Virus record (IMG/VR): IMGVR_UViG_3300012940_000008
Location: 1-47,723 of that record
Source: a virus
Taxonomy: Duplodnaviria > Caudoviricetes
Strand: one strand, 5' to 3'
Length of the DNA stretch: 47,723 nt
Below are positions 9,935-18,168 of this stretch, piece after piece; position 1 is the first letter of the stretch, and each line of letters opens with the position of its first letter. A program made the position numbers and the translations under genes. The notes below the pieces were generated by a model that worked only from the letters and a program-made list of their open reading frames with translations, ran no database searches and was not told where the DNA came from.

Positions 9935-10195
9935 CTACCGTTCCGCGGCCCGCTTGGCGGCGAGCCGCTCCGCTTCTTCGTAGGCGTCGAGGACGCGATT
10001 CGCGTCCCACAAGTCGACGATGCTCCACCGCGATTCGATCTCCTCGAGGCTCGAGGAGTAGCGGGGCGAGCTGGCGACGCGGTGGATCTCCCAATCCACC
10101 GCGTCCGGGAGCTTCACCGAGACGGAGCCGTCGTCGGCGCCCGCTTCCCCATGAGACCCGCCAGGAGGGCGCCACCCGTCGAGTCGCCGAAAAAA
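9935..10195 (-). CDS. Frameshifted extension of tail assembly chaperone (G-T type)
   Basis: -1 frame from slippery T-TTT-TTC at 10195-10189 gives ...SLEEIESRWSIVDLWDANRVLDAYEEAE; no obvious independent start. Confidence 0.6.
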   Translation of the reverse strand, partial: FFRRLDGWRPPGGSHGEAGADDGSVSVKLPDAVDWEIHRVASSPRYSSSLEEIESRWSIVDLWDANRVLDAYEEAERLAAKRAAER

Positions 10196-10620
10196 TCCCG
10201 GTAGTTGACGGTCAGGGCGAAGGCGAGCCAGCCGAAGAGCTCCCGGTACTTGCCCGCGAAGTGCAGATCGAAGACCTGGGAGAGCCGGAGGACCCGCTCG
10301 CCGCCTTCCAGGACGACCTCCGTCCGGTCGGCGAGGGTGTCGCAAAGGTAGGCGAATTCCTGCTCCGAGATCCTCGAGGCGAGCTCCTCGAGGGCCCGGG
10401 CGACGGCATCCATCCCCAGGTCGCCCAGGCTGAAACCGAGCCCGCCGAGCTCCGCGCCCTTCTTCGGGTCTTTCGTCCCCTCGAGGCCCTCGAGGAGCTC
10501 GCCGAGGACGGGCCCGGCGATCTTGAAAAGGCGGACGAGGAGATTCCGCCCCGCCTTCGCGCCGAGCATGGTCACGCGGTAGGTCGTCTCGCCGATCTGC
10601 TTCTCTTCGTGCTGGATCAT
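10114..10620 (-). CDS. Tail assembly chaperone
   Basis: 168 aa between tube and tape measure; FDLHFAG.Y..L..WL.FAL.VNY.DFF motif. Confidence 0.8.
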   Translation of the reverse strand: MIQHEEKQIGETTYRVTMLGAKAGRNLLVRLFKIAGPVLGELLEGLEGTKDPKKGAELGGLGFSLGDLGMDAVARALEELASRISEQEFAYLCDTLADRTEVVLEGGERVLRLSQVFDLHFAGKYRELFGWLAFALTVNYRDFFGDSTGGALLAGLMGKRAPTTAPSR

Positions 10621-10643
10621 CGTGTCGTTCCCCTGAAAGTGAA

Positions 10644-10674
10644 CGGGCCCGGCGGGGAGCTCCCACCGGGCCCG
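10644..10674. terminator. Strong intergenic hairpin between tube and chaperone genes (attenuator or RNA stabiliser)
   Basis: cgggcccgg...ccgggcccg inverted repeat. Confidence 0.5.
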
Positions 10675-10685
10675 CGTTGCCTACC

Positions 10686-11135
10686 TTACAACGGCAGGCC
10701 CCCCGCCGGTCCAACGTTGCCGCCGTCGAAGGGGAGGAGCTTCGCGCAGCGGATCTTCCACTCGCGGGTCCCGCTCTCCTTCCCGAACGTCACGCTGGGC
10801 CGCTTGGCGATCCAGGCCTGCCCGGCGGTGTAGATCGACCGACCGTTCCGGTCCCGGATCAGGAGGGCGCCGACGCCGAGCCCGTTCGGGCTGTTGGCGT
10901 CGAGGGTGTAGATCCCGGAGAGCACGTCGTTGGAGTCGGAGCTCTGTTGCAGGATGATCGTCACCGTCGCCCGGCGGTCGTTGCTCTTCGAGCGGACCAC
11001 CTCGCCATCGGCGCCGACCTGATCGGAGAAGCGATCCGCGTCCTCTTCGATTCGGCAGAAATCCCCGTCCGCGTACCCGGAGAGCGGGACGCCGCCGAGG
11101 GAAACCGTTACTTCGCTTGCGTCGTAGACCTTCAT
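10686..11135 (-). CDS. Tail tube protein (DUF3277-like)
   Basis: 149 aa; YD...V.V, GYADG, VGADG, L.Q.S.SN..L and REW.I motifs; follows sheath. Confidence 0.85.
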   Translation of the reverse strand: MKVYDASEVTVSLGGVPLSGYADGDFCRIEEDADRFSDQVGADGEVVRSKSNDRRATVTIILQQSSDSNDVLSGIYTLDANSPNGLGVGALLIRDRNGRSIYTAGQAWIAKRPSVTFGKESGTREWKIRCAKLLPFDGGNVGPAGGLPL

Positions 11136-11147
11136 GGTCGGACCTCG

Positions 11148-12461
11148 TTACGGGAGGAGGTTCCCGCGGACGGTGATCTGGTGGATGGCCCCCGCCAGCG
11201 GGGCGGAGAAGGAGAGGCCGGGGTAGGTGCGGGCCGCCCGGTCCACCGCGTCCACCTGGGCGACGGGGAGAGCCGTCACGGTGTAGCCGGGGGCCAGGAA
11301 GCCGACCGTCTCGCCCGCCTCGAGCTGGGCGAAGAGCTCGCCGCGGAGCACGTCGACCCCCTTGTCGGTGTAGGGGATCTTCGGGTTGTTGGCGAGGACG
11401 AAGACGACCCGCTCCTGCATCCTGGCGCGGAGCCAATCGATCCCGCGGGTCGTGTCGGCCCATTCGCCCGCCGAGCTCCATCCCCAGCGGGTCATACCGA
11501 TCCCTCCGATCAGGGTGTAGACGTTGCCCTTCTTCGCCTTGATCGCCTGCTCCTCCGTCCCGGTGAGGCGGTAGGCGGCGACCGCGGCGAGCCGCTTGTA
11601 GGCCCAGGAATCGGAGCCCGCGTCGGCGACGAGGCGCCCGGCGAGCCAGGACGCGGCGAAGCCCTCGCCCACGTCGGGGTGGTAGCAGGGGACCGTCCGG
11701 GCGTAGGCCTGGGCGGCGAGCTGGGCGAGCGTGTCCGTCGAGGAGAGCGGGTCGGTCGCCGAGGTGTCCGCGGTCTGGACGACGAGGAGGACCTGCCGGG
11801 TCTCCGCCCAGGCCGCCGCCGCCAGGATCGCCGCCTTCTCCTGGCCGCCCAGGGGCTCGAGCAGAATCCCGTAGAAGTCCGGGTCCTCGAGCTCGAAGGC
11901 GGAGAGGTCCGCGTCGAGGCCCGTCGAGGCGAGCTCCGTCCGGTCCTCGAGGGCGAGCTCCTTCGAGCGGTAGGAGACCTCGAGGAAGCCGCCCGCGGCG
12001 GGCGCCTCCGCGTCGACGTGCGTCCCGGAGCTCGAGTCGGCGACGAAGCCCGCGCCGTCCAGGAGGGCCTCGAGCGCCGTGCAGATCGAGGCGACGGTCG
12101 CCGCCGCCGGGACGGTGTAGGAGAGCTCCTCGCCGTCGACGGTGATCTTGTAGGTGAAGCCCTCCGCCGTCTCCTTCGGGATGAAGCGGAGGAGCTGGGT
12201 CGGCGCCGTCGTCCGGCGGCCCACCTTGACGACCTGGGGCCGCGGGTTCTGCGAGAAGACCGCGGCGAGGACGAGGTGGAGGGAGGGGAAGGCCGCGGCG
12301 GTGATCCCCGCCTCCTCCGCTTCGGCGAGCGAGCGGAAGGCCTGGACCTTCGGGCCGGGGAGGGTGTGGTACCCGACGACGAGAGGGGTCCCGAAAGACG
12401 CCCGCGACGGAGTGACCGTCGAGGCGGAGATCGTGATATCGGCGATGCTTGCGAGGCTCAT
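11148..12461 (-). CDS. Tail sheath protein (DUF3383-like)
   Basis: 437 aa; FG.PL, FSQ.P.P..V.VGRR, WAYK.L..V, GEW.D..RG.DWL and KIPYTD.G motifs. Confidence 0.9.
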   Translation of the reverse strand: MSLASIADITISASTVTPSRASFGTPLVVGYHTLPGPKVQAFRSLAEAEEAGITAAAFPSLHLVLAAVFSQNPRPQVVKVGRRTTAPTQLLRFIPKETAEGFTYKITVDGEELSYTVPAAATVASICTALEALLDGAGFVADSSSGTHVDAEAPAAGGFLEVSYRSKELALEDRTELASTGLDADLSAFELEDPDFYGILLEPLGGQEKAAILAAAAWAETRQVLLVVQTADTSATDPLSSTDTLAQLAAQAYARTVPCYHPDVGEGFAASWLAGRLVADAGSDSWAYKRLAAVAAYRLTGTEEQAIKAKKGNVYTLIGGIGMTRWGWSSAGEWADTTRGIDWLRARMQERVVFVLANNPKIPYTDKGVDVLRGELFAQLEAGETVGFLAPGYTVTALPVAQVDAVDRAARTYPGLSFSAPLAGAIHQITVRGNLLP

Positions 12462-12494
12462 CGATTGCTCCTCTTGGGGGCGTGGAGCCCCATC

Positions 12495-13022
12495 CTAGCG
12501 AGTGATCGTCCCCGGGGGGACGGGGGCGGTGGCGATGGTATCCCGGGCGAGAGCTTCCTCGACGACAACGGAGACCGTCCGCCACCGGATCGGGACCTCC
12601 GCCCTCGAGACCATGCGCTGATCCCGTTCGTAGTTGGCGACCTGGGCGTCCCCTACGTCGACGAGGGCGAGATTGACCGCCTTCGTCCTGGCGACGATCT
12701 CCTCGAGGCCGCCGCGGGTCCGGAGGAGCTCCCCGTAGTGCAGGGCGAAGAGCCCGGGCCGCTGGGAGTCGCTCTCGAAGGCGAGCGTCGTCACGAATTC
12801 GCGCACGCCGCGGCGGACGGGGATCAGCTTCTCCGTTGCCTCGTCGTAGACCTCGCCGGTCCAATCCATCCCGATCCGCGTGACCGGGCCCATGACGATC
12901 AGGCAATAGAGGGCGTCGAGGAAGGGGCGCTCCTCGTCCTCGAGGATCACCATCCCTTCCTCGAGGCCCGTCGCCTCCGCCGCCCAGGCCTTGATCGCCT
13001 CGAGGATCTCCGTCCAATTCAC
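12495..13022 (-). CDS. Tail terminator / neck protein
   Basis: GTG start overlapping upstream stop (VNWTEILEAIK...), 175 aa, immediately upstream of sheath. Confidence 0.7.
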   Translation of the reverse strand: MNWTEILEAIKAWAAEATGLEEGMVILEDEERPFLDALYCLIVMGPVTRIGMDWTGEVYDEATEKLIPVRRGVREFVTTLAFESDSQRPGLFALHYGELLRTRGGLEEIVARTKAVNLALVDVGDAQVANYERDQRMVSRAEVPIRWRTVSVVVEEALARDTIATAPVPPGTITR

Positions 13023-13561
13023 CGGGCACCCCCGAAGAGCGAGCCGTTGACGATCCGGAAGGCGACGGAGCTCCGAAGCTGCCCGGTGTTGATCAGGGGC
13101 TTGGAGCTGCCCTTCCGGGCGATGGTGCTGTCCGCGTTCGGCGGGGCCCATCCCGCCGCCATGCGCTTTTGAATCCCGCCCTGGGCGTAGGCGCCCATCT
13201 TCTTCAGGCTGCCTTCGTAGGTGTCGGCGCCGAGAAGCCGCTGCTCCGCCAGCTTGCGGGCGAAGCGCCGGTTTGCCTCTCGATTCTCGTCGAACCATCC
13301 CGAAATGAACGGGCGGGCGGGGATCGTCGAGGTGCCTTCATGTAGGAAGGTCGCCACGTCGGCGACGGTCGCCCGGGCGCCCGCGGGAGCGGCGGGACGC
13401 TTGTCCCGCTTCTTCATCCCTCGAGGGGCGGGGGCGTGGCCCTTCGCCGTGAGAGCCTTCGGGCCCAGGATGCCCACCTCGACGTAGGCGCCGCGGCGGA
13501 GAGCTTCCCGGAGGAGCTTCTTCCAACCGCGATCAATGTCCCGGATCTGATGGACCGCCAC
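13019..13561 (-). CDS. Neck / tail completion protein (HK97 gp10-like)
   Basis: HEGT..IPARPF and PPNA.STI.RKGSSKPLI.TGQL motifs. Confidence 0.85.
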   Translation of the reverse strand: MAVHQIRDIDRGWKKLLREALRRGAYVEVGILGPKALTAKGHAPAPRGMKKRDKRPAAPAGARATVADVATFLHEGTSTIPARPFISGWFDENREANRRFARKLAEQRLLGADTYEGSLKKMGAYAQGGIQKRMAAGWAPPNADSTIARKGSSKPLINTGQLRSSVAFRIVNGSLFGGAR

Positions 13562-13573
13562 GGCGGGGACCTC

Positions 13574-13849
13574 CTAGATCACGCGGGGACCGGAGGCGAC
13601 CTCCCGCTTGATCTGCTTGTACGTCTCTTCGTACACGGTCCCGCCGTCCTTTGCTACGAGGCGGGCCTGCTGGCCGAAGGGGGAGACGGCGAGGAGGTGG
13701 GCGGCGAGGTAGCCGATCCCGTCGTCCGTCTTCTCCTTCCAAACGTCGGGGGCGATGCGCCGGGCCGCCTCCGCCAGCTTCGCGTCGACGAGCTCCGGGG
13801 ACGCTTTGGCGAATTCCGGAAACGATACGAGGAAGGCGGCCCGGTCCAT
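13574..13849 (-). CDS. Head-tail adaptor (DUF4054-like)
   Basis: 91 aa; F...FPEF, YLAAHLL and T.Y motifs. Confidence 0.8.
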   Translation of the reverse strand: MDRAAFLVSFPEFAKASPELVDAKLAEAARRIAPDVWKEKTDDGIGYLAAHLLAVSPFGQQARLVAKDGGTVYEETYKQIKREVASGPRVI

Positions 13850-13852
13850 CGG

Positions 13853-14305
13853 TTAGGCCTTTCCGAGCCCGGCGAGCCGGACCTCGAGGAGAGCCTTGAC
13901 GCCCTTCCGCTTCTCCGCCTCGAGCCAGCTCGAGAGGATGGCGGGGTCCGTCTCCGCGTCGATCAGCTCCTTCGCCTCGTCGGCGGTGAACGTCGAGAGG
14001 TCGACGGTCTCGCCGGTCGGGGCCGGGGGCGTCGAGAGCGGGGCGACGGGCGCCGGAGGGGCGGTCGGGGCCGGGGGCTCGCCGGTGGAGCTCGAGGGCG
14101 GGGCGACGGGCGCCGAGCTGCCTCCCCATGCCTCCGCGGGGACGAGCTTCCCGCTTTCCGCCCAGCGGGCCAGGGTGCGATTCCCGGCGAGGCTCTCGAG
14201 CGTCTTCTCGTCGTGCTCCGAAATGCCGGGAGGGAAGTCGATTGCGGGGCGCTTCTCCCCCGCGGGGATCGTCAGGAGCTTGGCGGTCGTGTTCCGGATC
14301 TTCAT
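13853..14305 (-). CDS. Hypothetical capsid-associated protein
   Basis: 150 aa directly after the capsid gene; two domains joined by a Pro/Ala linker. Confidence 0.65.
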   Translation of the reverse strand: MKIRNTTAKLLTIPAGEKRPAIDFPPGISEHDEKTLESLAGNRTLARWAESGKLVPAEAWGGSSAPVAPPSSSTGEPPAPTAPPAPVAPLSTPPAPTGETVDLSTFTADEAKELIDAETDPAILSSWLEAEKRKGVKALLEVRLAGLGKA

Positions 14306-14377
14306 GGTCGGTGTTCCCCTAGTGCGAGCCCGGGGGCCCAGCCGAAGCCGAGCCCCCGGGGAAGGAGACCGCGCCGA

Positions 14378-15316
14378 TTAGGCGAGGTCCATGTAGGCCG
14401 CGGCGAGCGGGCGGTAGAAGAGCACGCCGCCGACGCGGGCGAGGCAGTTGACGACGTAGCTCATGTTCCGCTGCTGGGGCGGGAGCTGCTCGAATTCCTG
14501 GGGGATCTGGAATTCGACGACCTCCGGGGTCCGGGCGTAGGCCACCGCCCGCGGAGCTCCCGCGTCGCCCGCGGTGTTGAGCTTGCTCCACTTGTCCACG
14601 TTCTTGATGCTCTGCGCGTTCTCGAGGAAGTAGCGCAGGATCGTCCGGTCGCTGTTGGCCCCGTAGGACGTGGTGGCGATCTTGCCGTAGAGCGGCACGG
14701 GGAGGAGGAGCGTATCCGCCTCGTGGACCTCGAGGGTCTGGTTGATCACCGCCTGCTCGAGAGCGAAGAGGTCGGCGAGGATCTGATCGGGGGTCGTGGC
14801 CGGGTTGAGCCAGTCCCCGTTCACCGCGGCGATCTCCGGGACGTTCGGGTGGTTGAGGAAGCCCGGGAGCGCCTTCTCCGGGAGGCCGAAGGCGGCGATG
14901 TCGTCGATCTTGCGCTCGAGGACGTTGCGGGCGGCCTGGGCCTTCTTCGCGTCCAGGGGGATGCCACCGAAGGCCGCACGCTTGAGATCGCGCACGGTCC
15001 AGGAGTAGGCGTCGCCCAGGTCGGTGAAGGTGACCATGTGCTCCTTGGCGAGAGCGTCGACCATCGGCAGGTCGTCAGCGTAATCGCTGATGACCTTCGC
15101 CATGCCGGTCTCGTCCCAGGAGCGATAGACCATCGCTTCGGCGCCTTCGGGAACCTCGTTGCTGATCGGGATGAATTCCCGGGCCTTCAGCTTCGAGTAT
15201 TCGATGTCGTAGGTCTGCGCCTTGACGTATTCGAGCTGCCTCGAGAGGACGGCGGTCATGGCGTCGTCCATACGGACGCCGTTCGCCTCGAGGAGCTGGC
15301 GGAGGAGCTGGTTCAT
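14378..15316 (-). CDS. Major capsid protein (DUF2184-like, HK97 fold)
   Basis: 312 aa; G.AK.I.DYADDLP.VD, GFLNHPNVP and R.GGV..Y.P motifs; strong RBS (GGAG). Confidence 0.92.
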   Translation of the reverse strand: MNQLLRQLLEANGVRMDDAMTAVLSRQLEYVKAQTYDIEYSKLKAREFIPISNEVPEGAEAMVYRSWDETGMAKVISDYADDLPMVDALAKEHMVTFTDLGDAYSWTVRDLKRAAFGGIPLDAKKAQAARNVLERKIDDIAAFGLPEKALPGFLNHPNVPEIAAVNGDWLNPATTPDQILADLFALEQAVINQTLEVHEADTLLLPVPLYGKIATTSYGANSDRTILRYFLENAQSIKNVDKWSKLNTAGDAGAPRAVAYARTPEVVEFQIPQEFEQLPPQQRNMSYVVNCLARVGGVLFYRPLAAAYMDLA

Positions 15317-15349
15317 TTCACGATCTCCGAATCTCGCCCTCGAGGGGCG

Positions 15350-15871
15350 TTAGGCGGGGAGGTTGATCTCGACGATGGCGAGGGCGCCCGCGGCGCCGGT
15401 GGAGCGGACCACCGCGCCCTTCACCTCGACGGCGGTCGCCGTGTCGGCATCGGTGCGGGAGGCGCCGAGGACGGTCCCGCCCGCGCCCGCGGCGACGCGG
15501 ACGAAGAGCGGATCGCCCGCGGTGTGGGCGTCCTCCATCTTCACGAAGATCCGACCGCGGCGGAGGACGGAGACCGTCTCCTTGTCCGCGAACGGGACCG
15601 CGCCGCCGGAGACGACGCCCTGGAAGCCGTTGTAGCCGTTCCGGATCTGCTCGCGGGTCGGCGAGTAGATCACGAAACCGAGCTGGAGCCCCTGGGCCGC
15701 CTGGGCGGCGGAGGCCGGGACGCGGGCCTGCTGGTCCCCGGTGCCCTGGACGACGAAGAGGCCCGCCGAAGCGGCGCCCTCGAGGATGGCGGAGTCGACG
15801 TGCTTCACCGACGAGTCGGCGAGAGCACCTTCGATGGAAGCCGCGGGAGCGTGCGAATAGCTGGTCTGCAT
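15350..15871 (-). CDS. Capsid decoration / cement protein
   Basis: 173 aa upstream of capsid; V.V.RRGRI.V and GD..FVR motifs. Confidence 0.8.
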   Translation of the reverse strand: MQTSYSHAPAASIEGALADSSVKHVDSAILEGAASAGLFVVQGTGDQQARVPASAAQAAQGLQLGFVIYSPTREQIRNGYNGFQGVVSGGAVPFADKETVSVLRRGRIFVKMEDAHTAGDPLFVRVAAGAGGTVLGASRTDADTATAVEVKGAVVRSTGAAGALAIVEINLPA

Positions 15872-15919
15872 GGGGGGATTCCTTCCCTCCCGGCGCCGTT
15901 CGGCCCGGGGCTTGCTGGT

Positions 15920-17239
15920 TTACTTGCGGACGGTCGACGCGGCGAGGGGCTTCCTGTAGGCCTCCCGGCTCGCCTTGCGGGCCTTCTCCCGGAGCTCGTC
16001 CGCGTCCATGCGCTCCTCGCCGCCCGCGGGCGGGGTGACGACGGTCCGGAGGTCGCCGACGCCGCCGTCGACGCGCTTCGAGCTCGAGGAGACCGGGAGC
16101 GAGTAGAAGACGCCGCGGACGAAATCCGGGCTGGTCTTCGAGTCGAGCTTCATGGTCGGGGCGGCGACCTTGATCGCCTCCTCCATGATCTCCCGCTCCT
16201 TCTTCCCGTCGAACTTCGCCGCCGGGGCGAGCTGCTTCGCACGCTCGAGGAGGGCGAGGCGCTTCGAGACGAGGGAGTCCAGGACCTCTTCCGAGACCTT
16301 CTTCTCCGCCTCCTCCTCGTCGGTGATCTGCTCCTCGTCGTCCTCGTCGGCGGTGGGCGCCGCGGGCTCCGGATTCGCCGCGGCGATGGCCGCCGCCATG
16401 AGCTGCTGCTGGGCGCCCGCGACGATGCCCATCGCCTCCTCGAGCGCCGACGCGACCACCGCCTCGTCCGCATCCTTGCGGGGCTGGGCCATGGTGCGGG
16501 AGATCGCCGCCTCGAGGGCGCTCTTCGCCTGGGCGCGGCCCTTCTCGTCGCCGCGGAGCTGGTACTCGACGCCATCGATCCGGACGGTGGCGAAGCCCTC
16601 GCCGAACGTCACCTGCGGAAACTTGATCTTCATCGTGTCGGTCCTCTTCGCCCGGGGAGCGGGCCGCTTTGCCGGAGCTCGAGGCCCGGCGGGTTCCTGC
16701 TGGATTGCGTCCGCCGAGTCGAGGCGGAGCCGCACGTCGGGGCCTGCCCGACCCCAATCGACCGGGCCCAGGGCGACGTGGTTGTACCGAATCCGACGCT
16801 GGATCGCGTCGTAGGGCTCTCCGTTGAAGACGCCCGGGGTCGGGTCAATCGTCGCGTCGTAGCCGCACGAAATCTCGACGAGCTCCCCGCCCTCCACCTT
16901 CGCCACCGTCTCCGCCGCCTGGACGTAGAGATCGCCGCCGAGGAAGTCTCCCGCCTCCTGGCGAACGTCCTCGCCCATGTTGCCGCGGGCGTAGGTCTGC
17001 CAATTCTCCGCGTTGATCAGGACCGGCGGGTGGAGCTCCGTCACCGGAGCCCCTCGAAGGCTCGCCATGCTCTCCGGGGAGAAGACCTCTTCCGGCGGGC
17101 GGAGCTCCCGCGATTCCGTTCCGTCCGCCCGCTTGTAGACGAAGATCCCCGTCCGCGTGAGGAACGCGGGGACCCGGAGCCCGCCCTGGGGCGTTCTCTC
17201 GACGGTGCGAACCTTCCCGAAGTCGAGCCGGATTGCCAT
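15920..17239 (-). CDS. Prohead protease-scaffold (DUF2213-like)
   Basis: TPQG.L, RTGIFVY, RPPEEVF...S.ASL.G.PVT..HP, EISCGY, NHVAL and GRAG motifs; acidic helical C-terminal scaffold. Confidence 0.9.
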   Translation of the reverse strand: MAIRLDFGKVRTVERTPQGGLRVPAFLTRTGIFVYKRADGTESRELRPPEEVFSPESMASLRGAPVTELHPPVLINAENWQTYARGNMGEDVRQEAGDFLGGDLYVQAAETVAKVEGGELVEISCGYDATIDPTPGVFNGEPYDAIQRRIRYNHVALGPVDWGRAGPDVRLRLDSADAIQQEPAGPRAPAKRPAPRAKRTDTMKIKFPQVTFGEGFATVRIDGVEYQLRGDEKGRAQAKSALEAAISRTMAQPRKDADEAVVASALEEAMGIVAGAQQQLMAAAIAAANPEPAAPTADEDDEEQITDEEEAEKKVSEEVLDSLVSKRLALLERAKQLAPAAKFDGKKEREIMEEAIKVAAPTMKLDSKTSPDFVRGVFYSLPVSSSSKRVDGGVGDLRTVVTPPAGGEERMDADELREKARKASREAYRKPLAASTVRK

Positions 17240-17246
17240 GCATCGC

Positions 17247-17275
17247 ACACTAGCGGGCTAGAAGGCCCTCGACAA
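17247..17275 (-). promoter_or_regulatory. Sigma70-like promoter, probably leaderless transcript for the protease-capsid genes
   Basis: - strand TTGTCG-N17-TAGTGT, then 7 nt to ATG at 17239; no Shine-Dalgarno. Confidence 0.5.
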
Positions 17276-17283
17276 GTCGCCTG

Positions 17284-18165
17284 CTAGGTGTCCTCGAAGT
17301 CGAAGACCGGGATCGCAACGCATCGGCATTGAAAGTCCTCGCCCGGATGGTGGCGGCGATTCCGCTTGCGGTCGACGACCGGAGGATCGTCCCACCGCTG
17401 GATCGTCCCGTTCAACGCCGCGTGCTCCTCCCGGACCCGCTCGTCCTGGGAGGTGCTCCATTCGTAGCGTTCGACCCCCGCCTCTTTGTGCCGAAGCTGG
17501 GTTAGCTCGCCGTTGTATTTGAGGACCTGATCCCGGGCGACGAGCTGGGCCCGGCTCTTCGAGAAGCCTTGCTGCTCCATGAGCTCCCGGCGGAGGTCCT
17601 CGACGCGGGCGCCCTGGCGGGAGCGCCGCTCGAGCGTCTCCTGGATCTTGTCCAGGGCCTCCCGGGTCATGCGTGTGATCAGGTTGACGTTGGAGCTCCG
17701 GAAGGCCTCCATTTGCAGGGCCACCGCCTCGCCCGGCTCCGGGAGGTCGACGGAGACCACCGCCTTGAATTGCTTGGCGACCTCCGCCCGATTCCACTCC
17801 GCCGCCCTCTTCCCGAAGCGGAGGGCCATTTGCGAGATCCGGCTCTCCGGGAATCGCTGCCCGTAGGCGACCGCAATATCCTTGACGATCCGCCCGATCA
17901 GCTTCGGCGAGTCCTGGCGGACCTCCCTCGAGTCGAGGTGCGCCGGTGCGGCGATCTCCTCGAGGTGGGGCTCGAGGAGCTCGAGGGCGAGATCGTAGAG
18001 CTCGCCGATCATGCCGCGGAGCTCCCGCTGGTAGTCGACGGCGACGCCCATCGGCGGGCGGGGGTCGGCGACCTTCCTCGAGCGGCGCCGCGCCGCGCTC
18101 CTCGAGGTGATCGCCTTCCGCGCCCGGAGCTGGGCGGCGAGGCGGTCCCGCTGGCGGGTTGCCAT
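17284..18165 (-). CDS. Head morphogenesis protein (SPP1 gp7 / Mu F family)
   Basis: RAQLVARDQ, Y.W.T..DERVR..H..L.G and HPGEDFQCRC.A.P motifs. Confidence 0.93.
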   Translation of the reverse strand: MATRQRDRLAAQLRARKAITSRSAARRRSRKVADPRPPMGVAVDYQRELRGMIGELYDLALELLEPHLEEIAAPAHLDSREVRQDSPKLIGRIVKDIAVAYGQRFPESRISQMALRFGKRAAEWNRAEVAKQFKAVVSVDLPEPGEAVALQMEAFRSSNVNLITRMTREALDKIQETLERRSRQGARVEDLRRELMEQQGFSKSRAQLVARDQVLKYNGELTQLRHKEAGVERYEWSTSQDERVREEHAALNGTIQRWDDPPVVDRKRNRRHHPGEDFQCRCVAIPVFDFEDT

Positions 18166-18168
18166 GGG

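Noticed and set aside
183-17287. Very long + strand ORFs (183-3596, 4085-6577, 10677-13172, 13436-17287) and similar - strand ORFs in the right arm (e.g. 33401-36406)
   Set aside because: Antisense shadows of real genes, expected at high GC3; no motifs or RBS, and they span several true genes.
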